Source: the human T2T-CHM13v2.0 reference genome, Homo sapiens. Taken from it: DNA of 64,000 nt. The position numbers were made by a program, and so were the translations under genes. This document shows, piece after piece, positions 48,019 to 62,407 of the stretch. The stretch lies in NCBI RefSeq assembly GCF_009914755.1, contig NC_060947.1, one strand, 5' to 3'. The notes below the pieces were generated by a model, which saw only the letters and a program-made list of their open reading frames with translations, did not search any database and had not been told where the DNA came from. Within the stretch, counting starts at the first letter, position 1; every line of letters starts with the position of its first letter.

Positions 48019-50419
48019 CTTCGTGGATTTATCTACTTTTGTTCTTTGATGTTGATGACCTTTGGATAGGGTTTCTGTGTGGACATCCTTTTTGTTGATG
48101 TTGATGCTATTCCTTTCTGTTTGTTAGTTTTCGTCAGGCCCCTCTTCTGCAGGTCTGCTGAAGTTTGCTGGAGGTCCACTCCAGACCCTGTTTGCCTGGG
48201 TATCACCAGCAGAGGTTGCAGGACAGCAAAGATTGATGCCTATTTCTTTCTCTGGAAACTTCTTCCCAGAGTGGCACCTGCCAGATGCCAGCTGGAGCTC
48301 TCTCTTATGAGGTGTCTGTCGACCCCTGCTGGGAGGTGACTCCCAGTCAGGAGGCACGGGGGTCAGAGACTCACTTGAGGAGGCAGTCTGTCCCTTAGCA
48401 GAGCCCAAGTGCTATGCTGGGAGATCCACTGCTCTCTTCAGCGCCGGCAGGCAGAAACATTTAAGTTTGCTGAAGCTGTGCCCACAGCTGCCCCTTCCCC
48501 CAGGTGCTCTGTCCCAGGGAGATGGGAGTTTTATCTATAAGCCCCTGACTGGGGCTGCTACCTTTCTTTCATATATGCCCTGCCCAGCAAGGAGGAATCT
48601 AGAGATGCAGTCTGGCGACAGGGGCTTTGCAAAGCTGTGGTGGGCTCTGCCCAGTTTGAACTTCCAGGTGACTTTGTATACGCTGTGAGGGGAAAACCAC
48701 CTACTCAAGCCTCAGTAATGGTGGGTGCCCCTCCACCCACCAAGCTTGAGTGTCCCAGGTTGACTTCAGACTTCTGTGCTGGCAGCGAGAATTTCAAGCC
48801 AGTGGATCTTAGCTTGCTGGGCTCCATGGGGCTGGGATCTGCTGAGCAAGACCACTTGGCTCCCTGGCTTCAGCCCCCTTTCAAGGGTAGTGAAGGGTTC
48901 TGTCTCACTGGTGTTCCAGGAGCCACTGGGGTATGAAAAAAAAGTCTCCTACAGCTAGCTCAGTGTCTGCCCAAATGGCCACCCAGTTTTGTGCTTGAAA
49001 CCCAGTGCCCTGGTGGCACAGGCACCCGAGGGAATCTCCTGGTCTGTGGGTTGCGAAGACCATGGGAAAAGCAAAATATCTGGGCCGGAGTGCACTGTTC
49101 CTCACGTCACAGTCCCTTAGGGCTTCCCTTGGCTAGAGGAGGGAGTTCTCCTACCCCTTGCACTTCCTGGGTGAGGCAACGCCCCACCCTGCTTCAGCTC
49201 ACCCTCTGGGTGCTACACCCACTGTCTAACCAGTCCCAATGAGATGAGCCAGGTACCTCAGTTGGAAATACAGAAATCACCTGCCTTCTGCATTGATCTC
49301 GCTGGGAGCTGCAGACCGGAGCTGTTTCTATTTGGCCATCTTGCCAGCCACCCTCTAAACTGAAATCTTAACAACACTTAATGCTTCCATCTAGGAACAC
49401 GTCTCTCCACTTATACTTAGAAACTTGTAAGAGGGGCTAGCTGCATCTAGTCCAATTCTTTTTGTAACTAGTTACGTGCTTTAGGATAAGTGCCATTCGT
49501 ATTCTGCAGAGCTCGTGCCATTTACATTATGGTTAAATGAGTTAAAGTATTCATAAAAAGTAGAAAAATAAAGAGTTAAATTCATAAAAAAGCAAAAGGA
49601 TGTTACCATTATTAGAAAATTAGACTTCGATAAGAAGGCCAATTTTACATAAAATGTATTTTACATCTCAAACAAAGGATCTCCACAAAAAAAGAAAAAA
49701 AGATACTCAAAAAATCAGTGAGACCCCTGGATCTCAATATCAACCAGGTCTTTAAAAGAACTATTCACTAACCACTACTATTTTAATACTGGTATCTTCT
49801 TATGATGAACACATTTCACTATGGAATCTGTACCCTGAATGTAGTAAAGTCAACCCCATGTTTTTAGAGCTTGAAGAAACCATGGAGGTCATTTAATTTA
49901 AACTGTCATTAAGTAGAAATGCCTCTCCTTGAATGTTTCCAACAGCAATGAATTACAACTTTGCAAGAAATTATTCAGAACCGCATTTAAAAATATAGTT
50001 ATCATACCAAAATCCATCTCCCTGTAGCATTAATCTATGCACAGGTTCTATTGGAACAGAAAGATGAAGTATATAATCCCATTTGAGCAAAAAATAATAA
50101 AGGGAGTGGGAAGGGACAGTCAAGCAGTGAGTTTCAGAGGCAGTACAGCTTGAGCTGAACCTTGAAGTGGGAGAGGCTGAGGTAATCTAGGTTGAAGAAC
50201 ATCACTGAAAGTACTACACATTTAGGAGCTCTAATAAGTTTTGCTCTGCTGAAGCAAAGCCTGTGAATGAAGGAGTAGTAGAAGATGAGGATGGAGATAT
50301 CAAAAAGTGGCTGGCATCTGAGGGTGTTCTGTGCTGAGTTTAGGTTTTATCAACAAGGGGAAGTCATTAAAAGGTTCTTTAAACTCAGAAGTGTCCTTAT
50401 TATACTCTCTGGACCTACA

Positions 50420-52100
50420 CAATATTTATCTTATCTTTTTTCTTTAACCTTTTCAAATTCTTCAAAACACTTGAAGGTAGTCTCTATGTCTTTTTAGTTC
50501 TTTTGGTAGTTTATCATTTATATGCTTTTTAGATTATCATCATCCTGGTTACCTTCCTCTAGACCCACTCTAGTTTGCTTAAGTTAATCTGATATTGTAA
50601 CACCCAGAATTAATCAATACTTCAGAAATAATTTAATGCTGCAAAGTAGAATGGGATTATTTTATCTCATTAACTCTATACAAAACTTCTTTTGAAAAAG
50701 ATTAAAATTAAGTTTAGTTTATTTTGGAGTTGGAGCAGTGGTGATTTATCAGTCAGTAGTGCCTTTGTTATGTTGTACCAACAAAGAACTACAAAATCTC
50801 GGTGACTTTATACAACAAACATTTATTTCCCACTTACAATGAATATCCAATACGTATCACAGTAATTCAGGAATCCAGGCTGACAGAAACTCCATCACCG
50901 TATCTACTTTCATAGTCAACAAGACCTGAAAAGAGAAATGGTGAATTGTGCACTGGCTTTTCAAGTTTCCAAAGCCAATCAGTTGTCCTCAATGAAATTC
51001 AAAGGCGTTGAGGACATACAGTCCTACCATGGACTTGGAACCAGAGGAAAAATAGATGATTTGACCCACCCTGATGACTTCTCTGTGACCAATTACATGT
51101 TCAGATTTTCTGTTGTTTTGGCATAAATGGCTGCCAAGCCAGGTCTTGTTAATGTTATACTTATCAAATCCTGCTTTTTGGTTAAAAGTATTACTTGAAT
51201 TTTTACCTAATTAGATTCAGTCTACTGCTGCAACCTGTTTATATCATTTAGAATCATTATTCTGGCTCATATTATAGTAGTTTACACACAGCTTTGAGTC
51301 ATCTTCCAAACTAGCAACATACCATCTTTGTCCTCAGAAACCTATGGCACAGTGCAAGAGACTGCACTTTAGGTTGACATTGATCAATTAATTCATTGAT
51401 GTCATTATGGTAAGGCTGTACAACCAGTTCTCAATCTACCTAACTTGAACTATCTGAGTTATATTTCAGCATATGACTACAAGATTATTATCTGAGACTT
51501 CGTCAAATTCTTTACTTACAACATGTGAGCATTTTCCTGGTATAGCAACCTAACAGCCCTATCTAATAAGGAAAAAAGTTTAGCTTATCATATTTTATTA
51601 TGCTGTGTGAACCCACATTGGCACCTACTGATTATTCTTATTCTTTTCTAAATTTTACAAAGAAATCTTGATAACAATTTGTTTTGAAATTTATTGTTAA
51701 AAATTAAAACCCATAGATTTTGGTTTTTGGCCCATAGATTCTGAAAACTGCCTTTTCCCCTTCATTTTTGAAAACAGGTTATATGGCCCTATCTCCAATA
51801 TTTAAACTTGTTTTTTGTTTTACATTAGTCCTCAATTGTTATTTACATTGACACTGTTACAAACCTGCACATTTTTAGATGAAGCTTCTGGGGAACATGT
51901 AAGCTCATTTAATGCCACCACAATTTTATTGGGCTTTAAATGGAAGCTCTATGATATTTTTTATGATGTTTGTTCTAGATTTTCCAGTTGGAAGGCCATT
52001 ACTACTTGCTGGAAGATATCAAAGTAAAATAAGTTTGAAATGGTTCAAACTTCTCCCATCTGTTAACATTAATCATCTCACCCATTCAGTGAAACTCTTC
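50420..52100 (-). mobile_element. L3/CR1 LINE RT-region remnant interrupted by an old MLT1 LTR (about 50745-51075, -)
   Basis: GTAACACCCAGAATT..., and degenerate antisense FADD (~51300) and KAFD (~51500) motifs; ACAACAAACATTTATTTC MLT1 motif. Confidence 0.6.
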
Positions 52101-52134
52101 CTTTGCTTTTTTTTTTCTTTTTTTCTTTAAACTG

Positions 52135-54811
52135 AAAGTTTTTTTTTTATTTGTAGAAATTTATGGGACACATAGAAATGTTGTTGCATGTATATAATGT
52201 GTAGTTTTGAAGTCAGGGTATGTAGGGTGTCCATCACCTGAGCCCAATACATTTTTGTTAAGTGTGGTCACCCTACTCTACTATCGAACATTGAATATAT
52301 TCCTTCTTTCTTACTGTATGGTTGTGAACTTTAACCTACGTCTCCTCAACCTCTCACCTTTCCCCTCCCCACCCTTCCCAGTCTATGTTACCTGTCTTTT
52401 CACTTTATCTCCATGTGATCAAATTTTTAAACTCCCAAATAAAAGCGAGAACATATGATATTTGTCTTTTTATACCTGGTTTATTTCACTTAAGATAATG
52501 ACATCCAGTTCCATTCATGTTGCAGCATATGTCATGATTTCGTTATTTTTATAGTTAAATAGTATTGCATTGGGTAAACACTTTATTTGTTCATCCACTG
52601 ATGGATATTTAGGTTAAGTCCATGTCTTTGTTATTATGAATGGTGCTGCAATAAACATGGAGATGCAGGTATATTTTGATATATTGATTTCTTTTCCTTT
52701 GGGTAGATACCCAATGGTGAGATTGTTGGATCGAATGGTAATTCTATTTTTAGTTTTTTGAGAAATCTCCATATTGTTTTCCATAGTGGCTGTACTAGTG
52801 TACATTCCTATCAATAGTTTATGAATTCCCTTTTCTTTGCATCCTTGCCAACATTTGCAATTTTTTTTGTCTTTTTAATAATAGCCATTTTGACTGGGGA
52901 GAGAAGGTATCTCATTGTGGTTTTGATTTTCCATTTCTCTAATTAGCAATGTTAAGATTTTTTTTTCTTGTAGCTCTTGGCCATTCATATGCTTTTTGGC
53001 CAATTTTTAATGGGACTTGTTTATTGCCTGTTGATATCCTTGTATAGTTCCCTGTCAGATGAAGAGTTTGGAAATATTTTCTCCCATTCAGCAGATTGTC
53101 TCTTTACTCTGTTGATTATTTCTTTGTGCAGAAGCTTTTTAGTTTAATTAAGTCTCATTTGTCTATATCTGTATTCTTGAAGTTTTAGTCATAAATTATT
53201 TGCCTAGACCAATGTTCAGGAGAGTTTTTCCCTAGTTTATTTCCAGTAGTCTTATCGTTTCAGGTCTTACATTTAAGAATGTAATTCAGTTTGTGTTGAT
53301 TTTTTTATATGGTTTGAGATAGGGGTCCGTTTTTATTCTTCTCCATGTGGCTATCCAATTTTCCCAGCACCATTTATTGAAGGAGGTGTCCTTTCCCCAA
53401 TATAAATTCTTGTTAGCTTTGTTGAAGATCAGCTGACCATTAATATGTGGATTTATTTCTGGGCTCTCTCTTCTGTTCCATTGGTCTATGTATCTATTTT
53501 AATACCAATGCCATGTTGTTTTAGTTACAATAGCCTTTTAATAGATTTTGAAGTAAGATAGCCTGATGTCTCCAGCCTCGTTCTTTTTGTTCAGAATTCC
53601 TTTGGCTATTTGGGCTCTGTTTTGATTCTCTATGAATTTTAAGATTCTTTTATTCTAATTCTGCAAAGAAAGATGTTGGTATTTTGTTAGAGATTGCATT
53701 GAATCTGAAGACTGCTTTGGGTAATATGGCCATTTTAACAATATTAATACTTTCTCTCCATGAGCATGGAAAGCTGTTACAATTGTTTGTGTCCTTTTCA
53801 GTTTATTTCATCAATATTTTGTTTTTCGTGTAGAAATAATTTATCTTCACTGTTAAGTTTATTCCTAGGTAGCTATTTTCTTGGTAGCTATTGTAAATAG
53901 GATTGTCTTGTTGATTTCTTTCTCAGCTAGTCAGTTATTGGTGTCCATAAATGCTACATAGCCTGGGCAACAAAGCAAGATCCCATCTCTCCAATATATA
54001 TATATTTTTAATGGGCAGGCATGGTGGCATGTGCCTGTAGTCCCAGCTACTTGGGAGCCTGAGGAAGGAGGACTGTTTGAGTCCAGGAGTTTAAGACTGC
54101 AGTAAGCTATGACTGTGCCACTGAACTCCAACCTGGGTGACAGAGTGAGACCCTGTCTCAAAAAAATAAAATAAAGTAAAAATAAATAAATGTTACTAAT
54201 TTTTATACATTGATTTTTTTTTGTCCAGCAACTTTACTGAATTCATTTATCAAATCTGAATTTTCATGGGAACCTTTAAACTTTTGTAGATACACAATCA
54301 TATTATCAGCAAGGGAGGACAATATTACTTCTTCATTTTCTATTTTCATGCATTTTTTTCCTGATTGCTCTGACTAGGACTTTCAGAACTATATTGAATG
54401 TGAGTGGTGAAACTTGGCATCCTTCCCAGTTCCAGTTCTTAGAGGAAAGGCTTTCAGCTTTTCCCCATTCGGTATGAGGTTAGCTGTAGGTTTGCCATTT
54501 ACAGCCTTTATTATTTTCAGATATGTTTCTTATCTGCTTAGTTTGTTGAGAGCTTTTATTATGAAGGCATTGTGACTTTTATCGAATTCTTTTTCTGTGT
54601 CTATTGAGATGATCCTATGGCTTTACACCTTATTCTGTTGATGAGATGTATTATATTTATTGGTTTATGTATGTCAGACCATCTTTGCATCCCTGTTATA
54701 AACCTCACTTGATTGTGGCGTATTATCTTTTTGATATGCTGTTGGAATTAGTGTGCTAGTAGTTTGTTGAGGATTTTTGCATTGATGTTCACCAGAGATG
54801 TTGGCCTGTAG

Positions 54812-54842
<31 letters not shown>

Positions 54843-57800
54843 TGGTGTGTTCTTCTCTTGTTTTGGTATCAGGTTGCTACCAGTTACTAGAAGCCTCATA
54901 GAATGAGTGAGATAGGGAGAATTCTCTCCTTTTCGATGTCTTGGAATATTTTCAGGAGAATTTTTATTAGTTCTTCATACATTTTTGTAGAATTTGGCTG
55001 AGAATCCATCTAGTCTTGGGCTTTTCTTTGTTGGGAGATTTTTTGTTACTAATTCAATCTCACTACTTGTTATTGGTCTGTTCTGGTTTTCTGTATCTTC
55101 ATGATTCAATCTTGGTAGGTAGCAAGTTTTCAGGAATTAATCAGTTTCCTCTAAGTTTTCCAGTTTGTCAGCATATAGTTGTTCATAATAGATTCTTGAT
55201 AATCTTTTGTATTTCTGTGGTAAGAGTTGTAATTTCTCCATTTTTATTTCTTATATTCTTTATTTAGATATTTTTTCTTATTTTCTTAGTATAGCTAGCA
55301 CTTTATCAATTCTATCTTTTTGGAGAACCAACCTTTTGTTTTGTTGATTACTTGAATGAATTTTTTAGTCTCTACTTCATGTAGTTCTGTTCTGACCTTT
55401 ATTATTTCTTTTCTTCTACTAATCTTGAGTTTGGTTTGTTTTTGCTTTTCTATCTCCTTGAGGTGCATTGTTAGATTGCTGATTTGTAACTTTGCTACCT
55501 ATTTCATGTTGGCATTTATTGCTATAAATTTCTCTCTTAACACGTTTTTGCTGTATCCCATAGGATTTATATGTTGTATTTCCATTTTCATTTGTTTCAA
55601 GAAATTTTTTTGTTTTGCCTTGTAATTTCTTCATTTACCCAATGGCCATTCAGAAGTATGTTGTTTATGGATTTGTATAGTTTCCAAATACCCTTTGGTA
55701 TTTATTTATAGTTTTATTACATTGTGGTCTAAGAAGATACTTGAGATTATTTTGACTTTTAAAATTTGTTGAGACTTGTTTTGCAATATAACATATGGTC
55801 TATCCTGGAGAATGATCTACATGCTGATAAAAATAATGTATATTTTACAATTGTTGGATTAAATGTTCTGTAAATGTCTGTTAGGTATATTTGGTCTAAA
55901 GTCTAGTTTAAATCCAATATTTATTTGTTAATTTTCTAGTTGATCTGTCTAATGCTGAGAGTGGGGTGTTGCAGTCCCCCACTATTATTATATTGCAGTC
56001 TGTTTTCATCATCAGATGCAGTAATATGTGCTTTATGAGTCTGGGTGACTTTAGTGTTGGGTGCATATATATTTATAATTGTTATATATCTTTTTGCTTA
56101 ATTGATCCCTTTGTCATTATATAATGACCTTCCTTTTCTATGTTTATTGTTCTTGACTTACAATCTGTTTTATCGTGTGTAAGTATAACTACCCCTGCTT
56201 AATTTTGTTTTCTGTTTGTGTGGAATATCTTTCTACATTCCTTTACTTTCAGTGTATTTGTGTCTTTACTCATTCATTTCTTGTAAACAGCATATGGTTG
56301 GATCATGTTTTTTTTTCTAATGCATCAAGCTATTCTATATCTTTTAAGTCAAGAATTTAATCCGTTTATGTTAACCATTATTATTGATATGTAAGGTTTT
56401 GTTCCTTTCATATTTTTAATTGTTTACTGGTTGTTTTATTTATCTTTTGTTCCTTTTTTTTATCTTTTTGTTTGTTCTTGTGGTCTGATGAATTTCTTTA
56501 GTGGTACCATTTGAGACCTTTCTCTCTCTCCATTGTGTGATTGTTTTACCAGTGTATTTTATTCTTTTATGTGTTTTCATGATGGTAAATATTGTTCTTT
56601 TGCTCCCAGGTTTAAGACTCCCTTGAGCATTTCTTGTATGGTTGTTTTAGTGATAACAAATTCCCTAATTATGTGCTTGTCTGGGAAAGACTTTATTTCT
56701 CCATTTGTGAAAGATAATTTCGGTGCATATAGCATTTCTGGCTGCAGGTTTTTTCTTAAAGCACTTTAAATATGTCATCCCAGGTTTCTGCTGAGAAACC
56801 CACTGTTTGTCTGATGGGGTTTTCTTTATAGGTGATTAGGCACTTTTTCTGTTTTTAAGATGGGCTCTTTATTTTTGAGTTTTGGCAGGCTGACTATAAT
56901 GTATCATGGAGAAACCCTTTCTACATTGTATCTTCCTGGGGAATGTTGAGCCTCCTGTATCCAAATGTCTAAATCTCTTGCTAAACCTGGGGCGTTTTCA
57001 TCTATTATTTTGTGAAATAGATTTTCTAATCCTTTCATTTTCTCTTCACTCTTAAAGATAATGACACTTTGTATATTTGGTTACTTTTGTTGTTCAAATA
57101 CCATAAAGGCTTTGCTCATTCTCTTTCCTTTATTTTTTATTAAGTGGGTTATTTCAAAAGACCTGTCTTCAAATTTTGAGCCTCTTTCCTCTGTCTGTTA
57201 TTGAGATCTTCTAATGTCTTTTGCATTTTCTTCAATAAATTATTCAGTTCCATATTTATTTGGTTATTTTAAAAATATGTATTTCTTTGGAAAATTTCTT
57301 ATTCTTATCCTGATTTTTAAAAATTTCTTCATATTGTTTTTTAGAATTCTCTTGCACCTTACTGAGCTTCTTGGAAATCAATATTTTGAATTGCTTATCT
57401 TGAATTTTAAAGATTTCTTTTTTACTAAGATATATTACTGGAAAATAATTGTGTTTCTTTAGAGGTGTCATATTCTCTTGCTTTTTCATGCTTTCTGTGC
57501 CCTTACATTGACATTTGCACATCAGATGTAAGAGTTGCTTCTTCCTATTTTTGAATTTACTTTTGTAGTGGAAGACATTTTTCTGAAAATATATCTGTGG
57601 TGTTTGTTGGGTAGAGTATTTTTGGCTTTGATCCTGGATGTGTGTAGTAGTGTAGTCTCTGTATGACTTCTTTGGTTGTAAACAGTGTTAGTGTCTTTTG
57701 TGATTTACTGGAGGGTTAGGGTGCCGTTGTTAATGGAGGCTGTGGTGAAGTTGTGTGAAGTTGTGCTAGAGACTGGGAAGCCAGGTGGACCAGTCTTCAA

Positions 57801-58723
57801 GACTCAGTGGAGGCAGCAGTGGACTGATTGTATCAGCTTTTGTGCCCCAGGGTGGTATATGCTGGTACCTGTGTTGGCAGTTACTAGAAGCCCAGTTCTT
57901 GGGACTCCAGATGGCTTACTCAGATGCTATTAGCAATAGTTGTGGGCTGAGTGGGTTCTTGGATCCCTGAGCAGCTGGTGTGGTGTGGGCAATGGTAGAA
58001 GCAATGGTGTTGCAACCCTCTTGGCTTTGAGTGGTGCCAGCTGCTGTTTGCTCTAGCTGTGGTGTGGGTTCACCCCCCAAAGGTCCAGAAATGCCACTCT
58101 TAGGCTCTTTTGCTCTCTGGAGCAGCAGCACCATAGCACCATGCAAAGGGAGTAGGAACCCTACATTCACGTAGAAGCCACACAGAGAGCCCATGCCACC
58201 AATAGGGTTGCAATTACAACTCACTGCCCCAGCCTGATAGCTTTCTGGCTCACCCACCCTGGCCTCTGGTGGCAGCAGAAGCCGTTGGGTGGTGGAGGAG
58301 GAGGGGACTCATTCTCTGCATGAGAGTCTTCACACAGACAACACTCCACTGGTGGAAGGAAATTTCACTCTTCACTTGCCAAGCCAGGTACAAAGATTGT
58401 GCCACTACTGGGGATAAAATCACTTCCCACAGCCCCATACAGGGTGTTCGTAGCTTCTGAAAAGCACATGATTTGGTGTACCAGGGGCTGCTTTTTGGTG
58501 TGCTACACTGTCATGTCCTTGGGGCACAGCACTCCTTGTGGGCTAAGGTACTGAGAACCTCAAAGTACCTTTGGGTCCAGCCAGCTCTGTACCACAGTAA
58601 TCCTCTGAGTGGACACTGGGAAATGTTAGTGTCAGCTACCAGGATGTGGAGATAGAGAGGCTGTTGTCCACAGGACAGAATACAGTTCCATGATGGCTGT
58701 GCTCCTAAAATAGTGTTCTGCTG
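52135..58723 (-). mobile_element. Near full-length L1MA1-like LINE-1 (extreme 5' end missing)
   Basis: 3'UTR CAATACATTTTTGTTAAG..GTCACCCTACTCT; degraded ORF2; ORF1 N-terminus MKKQENMTP. Confidence 0.85.
53958..54185 (+). mobile_element. 5'-truncated AluJ
   Basis: GGAGGACTGTTTGAGTCCAGGAGTTTAAGACTGCAG J-type arm; TSD ATAAATG(C/T)TAC. Confidence 0.9.
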
Positions 58724-61700
58724 TATTTCTAGGTATTGTATTATTTTTGTGGCAATTGTGAATGAAATGCTTTCCTGATTTGGCTCTCGGTTTTGCTGTT
58801 GTTGGTGTATAAGAATGCTAGTGATTTTTGTACATTGATTTTGCTAAATTTGTCAGCTGGAAGAGCTTTTGGGCTGAGACTATGGGGTTTTCTAGATATA
58901 TGATTATGTCATCTGCAAACAGATAGTATGACTTCCTCTCTTTGTATTTAGATGGGCTTTATTTCTTTCTCTTGGCTGATTGTTCTAGGCAAGACTTCCA
59001 ATACTATGTTAAATAGGAGTGGTGAGAGAGGGCATTCTTGTCTTGTGCCAGTTTTCCAGGGAAATGCTTCTAGCTTTTGTTCATTCAGTATGATGTTGGC
59101 TATGGATTTGTCATATGTGGCTCTTATTATTTTGAGGAATGTTCCTTCAGTACATAGTTTATTGAGTTTTTAACATGAAGATATGTTGAATTTTATTGAA
59201 AACTTTTTTTCATCTACTGAGATAATCATGTGTTTTTTGTCTTTAGTTCTGTTTATGAGATAAATCACATTTATTGATTTGCATATGTCGAACCAACCTT
59301 GTATCCCAGGGATGAAGCCTACTTTATTGTGGTAGATTAGCTTTTTGATGTGGTGATGGATTCATTTTGCCAGTATTTTGATGAGGATTTTTGCATCAAT
59401 ATTTACCAAGGATATTGGCTTGATGTTTTTTGCTGTTGTGTCTCCACCAGGTTTTGGTATCAGGATGATTCTGGCCTCACAGAATGAGACCAAGAGGAGT
59501 CCTTTGTTACCAATTGTTGGAATAATTTCAGTAGGAACGGTACTATCTCTCCTTTGTATTATACATCTGGCAGAATTTGGCTGTGAATGCATCCGGTCCT
59601 GGGCTTTTTTTGGTTGGTAGGCTATTTATTATTGGTCCAATTTTGGAGCTTGTTATTGTTCTGTTCAGGAATTTAAATTCTTCCTGGTTCAGTCTTGGGA
59701 GGGTTTAAGTGTCCGACAATTTATCCATCTCCTGATTTTCATGTTTTTGGCATAAAAGTATTTCTAGGAGTTTCTGATGGTTATTTTTATTTCTGTGGTA
59801 GGGTGGCTGCACTGCTGGCAAGAGCTTGGGGTTCTACTTGTTGAGGAGCAGGTATTCAAAGTGATAACATCCCCTTTGTCATTTCTAATTGTGTTTAGTT
59901 GGATATTCTTTCTTTTCTTCTTTATTAGAAGCTAGCAGCCTATCTGTCTTATTTTTATCAATAAAGCAACTCCTGGATTTGTTGATCTTTTGAATAGTTT
60001 TTTGTCTCAGTTTTCTTCAATTCAGCTGTGATTTTTGTTATTCCTTATCTTCTGCTAGCTATGGGGTTGGTTTGCTCTTGCTTCTCTATTTCTTTCAGTT
60101 GTGATGTTAGGTTGTTAATTTGAGATCTTTCTAACATTTTGATGTGGGTGTTTAGTGCTATGAATTTCCCTCTTAACAGTGCCTTAGCTGTGTCCAACAG
60201 ATTCTCATATGTTGCATCTTTGTTCTCATTCACTTCAAAGAACTTCTTGATTTGTGCATTAATTTCATGATTTACCCAAAAGTCATTCAGGAGCATGTTA
60301 TTTAATTTTTATGTAATTGCATGGTTTTGAGTGACTTTCTTGTCTTGATTTCTATTTTTATTCCACTGTGGTCCGAGAGTGTGTTTGGTATCATTTTGGT
60401 TCCTCTGTGTTTGCTAAGGATTGTTTTGTGGTCAATTATCTGGTCAATTTTAGAGTATGTGCCATGTGGTGATGAGAACAATATATATTCTGTGTTTTTT
60501 GGATGAAGACTTCTGTAGATGTCTGTTAGATACATCTTGTCCAATGTTGAATTCAGGTCTTGCATATCTTTGTAATTTTCTGCTTCAATGATCTGTCTAG
60601 TACTGCCAGTGCCGTGTTCAAGTCTCCCACTATTATCTTGTGGGAGTCTATGTCTTTTTGTAGGTCTCTAAGGATGTGCTTTATGAATCTGGGTGCTTCT
60701 ATGTTGGGTGCACATACATTTAGGATAGTTAGGTCTTCTTGTTTAATATAACCCTTTACCATTAGGTAATGCTCTTTTTTGTCTTTTTTGATCTTTGTTG
60801 GTTTAGTCTATTTTGCCTGAAAGTAGGATTGCCATTCCTGCTTTTGTCTGATTTCCGTTTTCTTGGGTTAATTTTCATTTATCTGTTTATTTTGAGCCTA
60901 TGGGTGTCATTATGTGTAAGATTGGTCTCTTGAAGACAGCATACCATTGGGTCTTGCTTTGTTATCCAGCTTGTCACTCTGCACCTTTTAAGTCTGTTTA
61001 TATTCAAAGTTAGTCTGTTAGTCTTTTAGTCTGTTTACATTCAAAGTTAGTGTTGATATGTGTGGATTTGATCTTCTTATGGTGCTGTTGTGTTGTTAGC
61101 TGGTTACTTTGCCGATTTGTTTATGTGGTTGCTTTATAGTGTCAATGATTTGTGTATTTAAGTGCATTTTTGTATTGGCTGGAAACAGGTTTTTTTTTTT
61201 TTTTTTTCTTCCTGTATTTAGTGCTCTTTTGAAGACCTCTTATAATACAGATCTGGTGGTAACAAACTTCCTCAATACTTGCTTGTCTGAAAACAATCTT
61301 ATTTCTCCTTTGCTAAGGAAGTTTAGTTTGGCTAGATATGAAATTCTTGATTGAAGAAATTTTTCTTTAAGGGTGTTCAATATAAGCCTCCAATCTCTTC
61401 TGGCTTGTAGGGCTTCAGCTGAGAGGTCTACTGTTAGCCTGATGGGGTTTCCTTTGTAGGTGACCTTCCCTTTTTTTCTGTCTGCCTTTAACATTCTTTC
61501 ATTTCTACCTTGGAAAATCTGATGATTATATGTCTTGGGGATGATCTCCTCATGTAGGATCTTGCAAGGGATCTCTGTATTTCCTGAATTTGACTGTTGG
61601 CCTCTCTATTAAGGTTGGAACATTTTCATATACATTATCCTAAAATATGTTTTTCAAGTTGTTTGCTCTCCCTCCCTTTCAGGAATGCCAAAGTTTAGTA

Positions 61701-62407
61701 GATTTAGCCTCTTTACGTAATCTCATGTTTCTTGGAGGTTTTGTTTATTCCTTTTCATTCTTTGTCTTTTATTTTTGTCTGACTCTTATTTCAGAAAGCC
61801 AGTCTTCAGGTTTTGAAATTCGTTCCTCAGCATGGTTTATTCTACTGTTAATACTTGTTATTGCATTGTGAAATCCTTGTATTGTGTTTGTCAGCTTTGT
61901 CAGATTCATTAGGTTGTTTTTTATATTGGCTATTTTATCTTTCAGTTCCTGTATTATTTTATTGTGATTCTTAGTTTTTTTGGATTGGGTTTTTCCATTC
62001 TGCTGAATCTCAATTATCTTTGTTCCTATCCATATACTGAATTCTGTTTCTGTAATTTCAGCCAACTCAGCCCAGGTAAGATTCCTTGCTGGAGAACTAG
62101 TGTGATTGTTTGGAGGGCATAAGACATTCTGGCCATTTGAGTGACTGTAGCTCTTGCACTGGTTCTTTCTTATTTCTGCTTGTGGGTGTTCTTTTAACTG
62201 CAGTGTAAATTGAGTGCAGCTAATAGACATCTGGATGTTTTCATTTGGCTGAGGCTTTGTGCAGGGTCTTTGTTTGAAGCTGATTTCTTGTCTCTAGTTT
62301 CACAGGTTGGCGTGTTGGCGTGTTGGCGAGGTTCTTTTTGTGTTGAAGCTTTGGGATCCACTAGGTGGCACTTAGGCTTAGTGTTCAGTTGGTAGGCTCT
62401 TGCTCAG
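58724..62407 (-). mobile_element. L1PA13-16 (L1P4)-like LINE-1: ORF1 and 5' two-thirds of ORF2, 3' end missing
   Basis: ORF1 peptide IRKNQCK..ETEFSIWIGTKII; EN and RT fragments. Confidence 0.82.
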
